From assembly GCA_964436545.1 (NCBI GenBank), contig CAYTCJ010000001.1, positions 142,392 through 206,391 on the forward strand: DNA of 64,000 nt, read 5' to 3'. This stretch comes from an uncultured Candidatus Saccharibacteria bacterium (GTDB taxonomy: Bacteria; Patescibacteriota; Doudnabacteria; UBA920). The notes under the pieces were generated by a model. It was not told where the DNA came from. It saw nothing but the letters and a program-made list of their open reading frames with translations, and ran no database searches. Within the stretch, counting starts at the first letter, position 1. Every line of letters begins with the position of its first letter. Of the stretch, positions 57,390 to 64,000 are shown one piece after another. The position numbers were made by a program, and so were the translations under genes.

Positions 57390-57848
57390 ATGGAAACTAC
57401 TTCGCAATCAAAAGAAGAAACTACAATTGCAACGCCTACGGCTGAGGTGGTTGTTGAAAATGCTCCTAAAATTAAATCCAAGAAGAAAAAGACTAAAAAT
57501 AAAGTTACTAAAGGTAAAATTTATATCAATTCAACTTATAACAACACGATTGTATCGGCAACCGACATTTCCGGTAATGTTTTGGTTTGGTGTAGCGCCG
57601 GAAAAATTGGCTTTAAGGGTTCCAAAAAATCCACTCCTTATGCCGGACAAAGAACCATGGAAGATGTTTTGTCTAAGTTAAAAGAACGAGGCTTAAATGA
57701 AGTGGATATTTTAATTAAAGGCATCGGCTCCGGTAGAGAATCGGCCATTCGGGCTTTGCAAGGCAGTGGTTTGAACATTTTAACCATTAAAGACCAAACT
57801 CCCACTCCGCACGGGGGCGTAAGACCGAAAAAACCCAGAAGAGTATAG
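57390..57848 (+). CDS. rpsK: 30S ribosomal protein S11 with N-terminal extension
   Basis: INSTYNNTIVSATD... Confidence 0.95.
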   Translation: METTSQSKEETTIATPTAEVVVENAPKIKSKKKKTKNKVTKGKIYINSTYNNTIVSATDISGNVLVWCSAGKIGFKGSKKSTPYAGQRTMEDVLSKLKERGLNEVDILIKGIGSGRESAIRALQGSGLNILTIKDQTPTPHGGVRPKKPRRV

Positions 57849-57934
57849 TTTAAAAAAATTGGGTATGGGTAATTCCGGATGCAAAACAATTTTAATTACT
57901 TACAAAATTTTACTTAATTTTCTTTAATAATATT

Positions 57935-58543
57935 ATGAGATATACAGGACCAAAAGTTAAAAAAGCAAGACGTTTAGGCATGGCCTTTACCGTTAAGGAT
58001 GCCAAAATTTTGCAAAAACGTCCCACCCCTCCCGGCCAACACGGACAAAACCGAGCGAGAATTTCTGAATACGGCACCCAGCTGAGAGAGAAGCAAAAAA
58101 TGAAGATAAATTACGGGGTTATGGAAAAGCAGTTTAGAAATTATTTTAAAAAAGCTTTGAGCCAAACCGGAGTAACGGGTGATAATTTGCTAAAACTGTT
58201 GGAGACCAGATTGGATAACGTGGTTTTCAGAGCCGGGTTTGCCGAAACCAGGCAACAGGCCAGACAGTTGGTAAGCCACGGTTTTTTGGTGGTTAATGGA
58301 AAAAAAGTTAACATTCCTTCGTTCCGAGTAAAAGTTGGCAATACCTTTAAATTCGCACCGACAAAATTAAAGAGCAAGTATGTAGAGCAGTTAAAGGAAA
58401 AACTTAAAAATTTCTCTTCCCCTGAATGGATAGAAGTTAACAAAGCCGAGTTGACCGGCAAGTTACTATCGGAACCTAATTCCGATTTAGTACAAAACAC
58501 CATTAACACTCAGTTAATCGTAGAACATTACAGCCGAATCTAG
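57935..58543 (+). CDS. rpsD: 30S ribosomal protein S4
   Basis: MRYTGPKVKKARRLG. Confidence 0.95.
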   Translation: MRYTGPKVKKARRLGMAFTVKDAKILQKRPTPPGQHGQNRARISEYGTQLREKQKMKINYGVMEKQFRNYFKKALSQTGVTGDNLLKLLETRLDNVVFRAGFAETRQQARQLVSHGFLVVNGKKVNIPSFRVKVGNTFKFAPTKLKSKYVEQLKEKLKNFSSPEWIEVNKAELTGKLLSEPNSDLVQNTINTQLIVEHYSRI

Positions 58544-58652
58544 TTAATAGATTTAACCTTTACGGTAATACCTCGTCAGCTTTACCGTAAAGCCTTTTAT
58601 ATCTCAATAATCAAGCAAAGATTTATATCTTTGCAATCGGAGGCTAATAAAT

Positions 58653-59588
58653 ATGGAAGCAATTCCACTACCCAATCGGGCAAAAATTGAAACGTTAGGT
58701 AACAATCGGTATAAAATGGTTTTAGAACCACTATACCCGGGTTTTGGAGTTACCGTCGGGAATGCCTTAAGACGCGTATTATTGTCATCGATGCCGGGCG
58801 CTGCGGCTACCGCGGTGAAAATTAAATATGTTGACCATGAGTTTTCCACTGTTCCGAATGTGAAAGAAGATGTCATTCAAATTATTTTGCAATTAAAACA
58901 ATTACGTTTTGTAAGTCACAGTAGCGAACCGGTTAGATTGCAATTAAAAGTCAAAGGCGAAAAGGTAATTACCGCCGAAGATATTCAAGAAACCGACCAA
59001 GTTAAAGTTATCAATAAAGATTTGCACATTGCCACCTTGGAAGGCAAAACTTCAGATTTTGAAATGGAATTAATTGTTGAACAAGGCAGAGGCTACGCAC
59101 CGGTGGAATCTCGCGAGCACCAAAAAGCGGAAATTGGTATGATTGCTTTGGATGCCGTTTTTACTCCGGTTAAATCGGTTTATTTTGATATTTCCAATGT
59201 ACGTGTGGGACAATTTACCAACTACGATAAATTGGAAGTCACCATGGAAACCGATGGCACCATTAGTGGCGCGGACGCTATCAATATTTCCGCTCATATT
59301 TTAGTCGATCATTTTTCCATGCTGTTTGCTCAAAACGATGGCATTGTGGAAGCCAATAGTGAATCGGTAGTTACTCCGGAAATGACAGAACATTTACCTG
59401 AAGAAACCGAAATGCCGGAAAACGAAATTACCATGTCCACACTTTCCACTCGCGCCAAAAATGCCTTGGTTAAAAACAACATTACCACGCTGGAAGCTTT
59501 AAAACAATTATCCACCGAACAAATTGAAAATATTGAAGGTTTGGGTAAAAAGACCATAACTGAAATTTTAGAATTTATTAGCCGATAA
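58653..59588 (+). CDS. rpoA: DNA-directed RNA polymerase alpha subunit
   Basis: LEPLYPGFGVTVGNALRRVLLSSMPGAA. Confidence 0.95.
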   Translation: MEAIPLPNRAKIETLGNNRYKMVLEPLYPGFGVTVGNALRRVLLSSMPGAAATAVKIKYVDHEFSTVPNVKEDVIQIILQLKQLRFVSHSSEPVRLQLKVKGEKVITAEDIQETDQVKVINKDLHIATLEGKTSDFEMELIVEQGRGYAPVESREHQKAEIGMIALDAVFTPVKSVYFDISNVRVGQFTNYDKLEVTMETDGTISGADAINISAHILVDHFSMLFAQNDGIVEANSESVVTPEMTEHLPEETEMPENEITMSTLSTRAKNALVKNNITTLEALKQLSTEQIENIEGLGKKTITEILEFISR

Positions 59589-59594
59589 TTTTTT

Positions 59595-59939
59595 ATGAGA
59601 CATAGAAAAAAGTTAAAAATTGGTAAAGGCACCGACCAAAAGAGAAAGTTGTTAAAAACTTTAGCTTCCTCTTTAATTTTGTACGAAAAAATTAAAACTG
59701 GTTTGCGTAACGCCAAAGTTTTAAAATCCCATGTGGAAAAATTAATTACCAGAGCTAAAGAGAACACCTTGGCCAATCGCAGAATTTTGTTAACCAAACT
59801 CAGCCCCATGGCAACCAAAAAAGCTTTGGAAGTGTTTGGGCCCAAGTATAAAGATCGCAAGGGTGGTTATACAAGAATAGTTAAACTCGAGCACCATACT
59901 TCCGGGTTGTCTAAGGTGCTTATAGAATTTGTTGAATAA
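59595..59939 (+). CDS. rplQ: 50S ribosomal protein L17
   Basis: MRHRKK..KLGR pattern; operon position. Confidence 0.9.
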   Translation: MRHRKKLKIGKGTDQKRKLLKTLASSLILYEKIKTGLRNAKVLKSHVEKLITRAKENTLANRRILLTKLSPMATKKALEVFGPKYKDRKGGYTRIVKLEHHTSGLSKVLIEFVE

Positions 59940-59964
59940 TTTTAGATTATTAGAAGATTTAATT

Positions 59965-60372
59965 ATGAAATCATCAAAAGCTACATTGGCAAAAAATATT
60001 GTAAGAAAGTGGCACAAAATCGACGCTTCTAAACAGAGCATGGGTAGAGTTGCGGCGCAAATTGCTATTTTACTTCGAGGAAAGCATAAACGAGATTTTA
60101 CCCCCAATATGGATATGGGTGATTTTGTAGTGGCGATTAATACGAACCATTTGAAATTTTCCGGCAGAAAAGTTAACCAAAAAGTGTATTACAGACATTC
60201 CGGTTATTTGGGTGGTATTAAGTCGGAAAAGTTAAGTGTGGTTTTGCAAAAAAATCCCAGCGAAGCTTTAAGACGAGCAGTCTTTAGTATGCTGGATGAT
60301 GTAAAATTTAGAAAAGCGATGATGGCTCGTTTAAAACTTGTGGGCACATCTGAGCATAATTATAAAGTTTAA
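59965..60372 (+). CDS. rplM: 50S ribosomal protein L13
   Basis: KWHKIDASKQSMGRVAAQIAILLRGKHK. Confidence 0.9.
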   Translation: MKSSKATLAKNIVRKWHKIDASKQSMGRVAAQIAILLRGKHKRDFTPNMDMGDFVVAINTNHLKFSGRKVNQKVYYRHSGYLGGIKSEKLSVVLQKNPSEALRRAVFSMLDDVKFRKAMMARLKLVGTSEHNYKV

Positions 60373-60397
60373 TTTTATTTTTTAAAGAATATTTTTT

Positions 60398-60910
60398 ATG
60401 GTGACTAAAACTCCAAGTAAACCTGCGGTTAAAAAACCTCGAGCCCCTAAAAAGGAAACTATAATTGAGTCGGCTGTGGAAACCCCCGTGGTGGCTAAAA
60501 AAGTTGCTGTGCCCAAAGACAGCGGTAAATATATTTTTGCCACCGGAAGAAGAAAAACCTCCATTGCCAACGTGAGATTGTTTCCGGGTTCGGGTAAACA
60601 TGTAGTTAACAAAAAACCTTTGGAAACTTATTTTAGTTTTGCCTTTTATAAAGAGAAAGTTTTAGAACCCTTCAATTTAACCGGCTTGGCCAAGGAATAT
60701 TTTTTCACCGCCCATATTAATGGAGGTGGAATTCATTCCCAGGCCGAGGCCTTAAGGCATGGTTTGGCCAGAGCCTTGTCTAGCACTTCCGAAGAAGTAA
60801 AAAATCTATTAAAAAAGAATGGGCTTTTGACTAGAGATGACCGCAAGAAAGAAAGAAAGAAACCGGGACTCAAAAGAGCCAGAAGAAGCCCACAGTGGGC
60901 CAAACGTTAA
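60398..60910 (+). CDS. rpsI: 30S ribosomal protein S9 with ~38-aa N-terminal extension
   Basis: ATGRRKTSIANVRLFPGSGKHVVN...RRSPQWAKR. Confidence 0.95.
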   Translation: MVTKTPSKPAVKKPRAPKKETIIESAVETPVVAKKVAVPKDSGKYIFATGRRKTSIANVRLFPGSGKHVVNKKPLETYFSFAFYKEKVLEPFNLTGLAKEYFFTAHINGGGIHSQAEALRHGLARALSSTSEEVKNLLKKNGLLTRDDRKKERKKPGLKRARRSPQWAKR

Positions 60911-60914
60911 AATT

Positions 60915-60947
60915 ATCCCCTCCGCTATATTGGAGGGGATTTTTTTA
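60915..60947 (+). terminator. Rho-independent terminator ATCCCCTCC-GCTATAT-TGGAGGGGAT followed by T7
   Basis: Seen directly. Confidence 0.8.
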
Positions 60948-61011
60948 TCCACATATTAATAAATTAAATATCAGTTATACTTATTAAGTATAAATTAACC
61001 AGAATTAATCT

Positions 61012-61776
61012 ATGTACAATTTTCCCAAATGGTTAGTAAATTTAGGGGTTGGTCTGTTAATTGTCTTCTTAGCGCTTTTGGTTTTAGATAAAGGTATTGG
61101 CTTGGGCAATAAGCTCACCGGCAAAAAACCCGATAATACTTTATCGGTTTCTGCTGAGGGTAAGGTGAAAGCCACACCCGATTTAGCCACCATTAATTTG
61201 GGTGTCATTACCCAAGGCGCAGAAGCTTCAAAAGTTCAAGACGATAACAGCAAAAAAATTAACAAGATTTTGGAATTTGTTAAAAAGCAGGGGATTACCA
61301 AAGACGATATTTCCACTTCTCAGTTTAACATTTACCCACAGTATAATTATACTAATGGTAAAAATGAGATTATTGGTTATCAGTTGGACCAAACCATTAC
61401 AGTAAAAGTAAAAGGGGTGGATAAATCCACGGAAATTTTAGGTAAAATTTTAAGCGGTGCGGTTTCGGAAGGTGCTAACCAAATTTATGGAGTTGCGTTG
61501 GGTTTTGATGATCCGGATAATTTAAGACAACAAGCCAGAGAATTAGCCATTGAAAAAGCCAAGGAAAAGGCCAAAGAATTGGCTAAAGTAGCGGGGATTA
61601 AATTAGGTAAAGTGATTAGCGTTTCCGAAGCGGGTAGTGGCAATTATCCTATGCCTTATTATGGAGCCGGTTATGGTGGCGGAGGTATGGCAATGGAAAA
61701 AGCAGTGTCTCCCAATATTGAACCGGGTTCGCAAGATGTAGTGGAAAATATGTCCGTAACGTTTGAAGTTAAGTAA
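61012..61776 (+). CDS. SIMPL/DUF541-domain protein (YggE-like)
   Basis: N-terminal TM; SVSAEGKVKATPDLATINLGV... Confidence 0.7.
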   Translation: MYNFPKWLVNLGVGLLIVFLALLVLDKGIGLGNKLTGKKPDNTLSVSAEGKVKATPDLATINLGVITQGAEASKVQDDNSKKINKILEFVKKQGITKDDISTSQFNIYPQYNYTNGKNEIIGYQLDQTITVKVKGVDKSTEILGKILSGAVSEGANQIYGVALGFDDPDNLRQQARELAIEKAKEKAKELAKVAGIKLGKVISVSEAGSGNYPMPYYGAGYGGGGMAMEKAVSPNIEPGSQDVVENMSVTFEVK

Positions 61777-61793
61777 ACTAGTTTTACATTTTT

Positions 61794-61817
61794 AAACCCC
61801 GCTAAACAGCGGGGTTT
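61794..61817. terminator. Hairpin AAACCCCGC-TAAACA-GCGGGGTTT shared by the convergent SIMPL gene and RNase P RNA
   Basis: 9-bp stem. Confidence 0.6.
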
Positions 61818-61823
61818 AAAAAT

Positions 61824-62562
61824 GTTTAAAGCAAACTCATAAGCCGAATTCTGTTCACCCCGTTAGAAGTCCGGTGTCTAAAGACATCGGCAGACGCCTT
61901 TTGGCGTCTTACTTCTAACGGGGTTAACAATCATCTCTCTGGTCCCGATGTTACCACCGGGATCTTGCGACCTACCAAATTTGGTCTTGCACTCAAGTAA
62001 GAATTTAGCCGTTTCACCCGAGCGTTAGCGAGAATGTCCTACGAAGCCTTAGCATAAGTAGGCTACTCGTTTATTACTCGGCTCGCCCTGCCCTTTGCTT
62101 GCAAAGAGCGGGGCGTCCCGACTCTTTCGTATCGGGACGTCTCTGTTCGCATCTCGCACCTTACGGTGGACGGGGATTACCCGCTACTATTTTTGATAAC
62201 TCTTAAGCGGTCATCAAATAAGTGTTCGGACTTTCCTCCCCCCACTTTCTATCCTTTATTACAATTCAAAAGCTTGCAAGCTATTTTGAATACGTTTTTT
62301 TAGTTGCCCATAACTGCCTTTGAATTGTTTGAGATTTTTTTCTCTGGCTCTCGCATCTTTCTCTGATGCAAAAGCTTCGTAGTAAATCAATCCAACAGGG
62401 AGCCTATGTTTGGTATATCCTGATTGCAAAGACATATGTTCCTTAATTCTTCGCTTTAGGTCACTTGTGTAACCTATATAGATTTGACCACCTTTGGATA
62501 TTTTCAAAGCATAGACATAAAACATAGAAAGTGGGGGGCGATTGTTCGGTTTGCTTTAAACC
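61824..62562 (-). ncRNA. rnpB: RNase P RNA (bacterial type) interrupted in its P3 helix by a hairpin-bounded GIY-YIG ORF
   Basis: On the minus strand: P1 GUUUAAAGCAAAC/GUUUGCUUUAAAC; P4 halves GAGGAAAGUCCGAAC and ACAGAAUUCGGCUUAUG; GGGUGAAACGGC present. Confidence 0.8.
62259..62525 (-). CDS. GIY-YIG (UPF0213/COG2827-like) nuclease, 88 aa, inside rnpB
   Basis: MFYVYALKISKGGQIYIGYTSDLKRRIKEH...YYEAF; flanked by 15-bp inverted repeats at 62238-62252 and 62524-62538. Confidence 0.75.
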   Translation of the reverse strand: MFYVYALKISKGGQIYIGYTSDLKRRIKEHMSLQSGYTKHRLPVGLIYYEAFASEKDARAREKNLKQFKGSYGQLKKRIQNSLQAFEL

Positions 62563-62683
62563 GATTAATAATATCATATTTTCAAAGCTTTGTCAAATTT
62601 TATTTCTTTTGCACAAAAAATTTTCTTTGGAATGTTAGCATAATTATTGTATAATATTAAAGAAATTAAGTAATATTTTTGGA

Positions 62684-64000
62684 ATGAAAAAATCCGAATT
62701 AGTTTTTAATATTGTTTTAATCCCGATTGATTATATCATGCTCCTTATTGCCGGAGTGTTATCATTTTACATTAGGCAATACAGTCAACCCATTATCGGG
62801 CCGGTGATTTTTAAAATTACCGCTCAAGATTTATTAAAAGCGAGTTGGTATATAATTCCACCCTTAATTATTATTTTTGCTTTACTTGGGCTTTATAATT
62901 TAAAAGGTACCCGAAGTTTTTTATTTCAAGCCGGCAAAGTATTTATTGGGGTATCTTTGGGTTTATTATTGGTGATTTTGTTGTTCTTCTTTGATCAGAC
63001 AATTTTTCCTTCTCGGTTCATTATTTTAAGCACGTGGGTATTGGGAATAGTTTTCGTTTTGCTGGGGCGGATTAGTTTAAAATTGTTGCAAACCTATTTA
63101 TTCCAAAAAAATATCGGTCTGCATAAATTGGTATTAATTTGCAGTGATAGCCATCCGGCCATCAGTGAATATTTAAAAAATAAAGCAAATGGATATTTGG
63201 TCACTGCTGAGGAAAAATTTAATGCAGATATAATGGTTAAATTACAGACTCTGTATAAACAAGGGTTACTCGATGAAATTTTGCAGACCGATCAATCTTT
63301 AAGTTACGAAGCTAACTGGCAACTGGTGCAATTTGCCAGAAACCATGGAATTGCTTTTAGCTATTTGCCTAATTTATTTGAAGTACAAAATAATTCCTTG
63401 GAAACCTTAAATATCGATGGTTCCTTAATTATTTTTTTAAAAAATTCCCCTTTGGATGGGTGGGGGAAAGTGGTGAAGCGAATTTTAGATATTATTTTTT
63501 CCATAATTTGCTTAACACTTACCGCCCCGTTATTTTTAATCATTGCCTTAACGGTAAAATTTACCAGTCCGGGTAAAGTGTTTTATGTGGCTAAACGAGG
63601 TGGTAAGGGCAAAGACTTTGATTTTTATAAATTTCGAACCATGCACACACATTTGTCCGTAGGTAATAGTTATGGTGGTCAAGAAGCGGAAAAAGTCAGA
63701 CAAATGTTATGGGAAAAAAATGACCGTGGCGGAATTGCAAGCCCATTTTTAAAAATCAAACATGACCCCAGAGTAACTCGGGTAGGCAGATTTTTAAGAA
63801 AAACCAAACTGGATGAAATTCCTCAATTTTGGAATGTGCTTAAAGGTGATATGAGTTTGGTGGGCCCTAGGGCGCATGTGTTAGACGAAGTGGAAAAGTA
63901 TAGAAATAAATATAGACGCATGTTTAGTATAAAACCGGGGATATTCGGTTTGTCGCAAATTGCTCAAATGCACAGACCTGATTTGCCCTTTAACGATGAA
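62684..64000 (+). CDS. Polyprenyl-phosphate sugar phosphotransferase (bacterial sugar transferase family, WbaP-like); 3' end beyond the window
   Basis: N-terminal TM helices; FKFRTM; KPGIFGLSQI. Confidence 0.8.
   Translation, partial: MKKSELVFNIVLIPIDYIMLLIAGVLSFYIRQYSQPIIGPVIFKITAQDLLKASWYIIPPLIIIFALLGLYNLKGTRSFLFQAGKVFIGVSLGLLLVILLFFFDQTIFPSRFIILSTWVLGIVFVLLGRISLKLLQTYLFQKNIGLHKLVLICSDSHPAISEYLKNKANGYLVTAEEKFNADIMVKLQTLYKQGLLDEILQTDQSLSYEANWQLVQFARNHGIAFSYLPNLFEVQNNSLETLNIDGSLIIFLKNSPLDGWGKVVKRILDIIFSIICLTLTAPLFLIIALTVKFTSPGKVFYVAKRGGKGKDFDFYKFRTMHTHLSVGNSYGGQEAEKVRQMLWEKNDRGGIASPFLKIKHDPRVTRVGRFLRKTKLDEIPQFWNVLKGDMSLVGPRAHVLDEVEKYRNKYRRMFSIKPGIFGLSQIAQMHRPDLPFNDE

Overview
This is an AT-rich window (roughly 35-40% GC by eye) whose gene content and protein features look like a small-genome, CPR/Patescibacteria-like bacterium. 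Ribosomal genes sit at both ends: rplJ-rplL at 482-1475, and infA-rpmJ-rpsM-rpsK-rpsD-rpoA-rplQ-rplM-rpsI at 56.4-60.9 kb. Between them are housekeeping genes (dus, lexA, aspS, scpA/scpB, lgt, a short alaS, a pgi-like gene, ctpA, a ybaK-like gene, tRNA-Glu) and an RNase P RNA gene. A large cell-envelope and glycan block is also present: rfbB/rfbA, GH1 and GH5-like hydrolases, a ROK kinase, a sortase next to a 1849-aa cell-wall-sorted surface protein, a galE, an S8 protease followed by a repeat-module protein, and a GT2/GT4/flippase/Wzy-like/methyltransferase/cytidylyltransferase cluster ending in a sugar-phosphate transferase. The window is unusually rich in selfish or structured DNA. (1) Two small GIY-YIG (UPF0213/COG2827-like) ORFs are each bracketed by inverted repeats; one of them appears to sit inside the P3 loop of the RNase P RNA gene. 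(2) A ~160-bp TIR-bounded, MITE-like or structured repeat has five copies, each immediately after the stop codon of a + strand gene. (3) Short G/C-tract palindromic hairpins are inserted in-frame into at least six conserved genes (dus, aspS, lgt, the flippase, the GT4, a GT2). (4) A 'TGTCATYCCG' hairpin family includes a 130-bp nested-TIR MITE. (5) 7-bp microsatellites lie upstream of lexA and inside the 5' end of galE, where they fuse a Phd/YefM-like domain to the enzyme. (6) A ~700-bp GC-rich, hairpin-dense island of unclear nature lies at 34.6-35.3 kb. No CRISPR array, rRNA or obvious prophage is visible.
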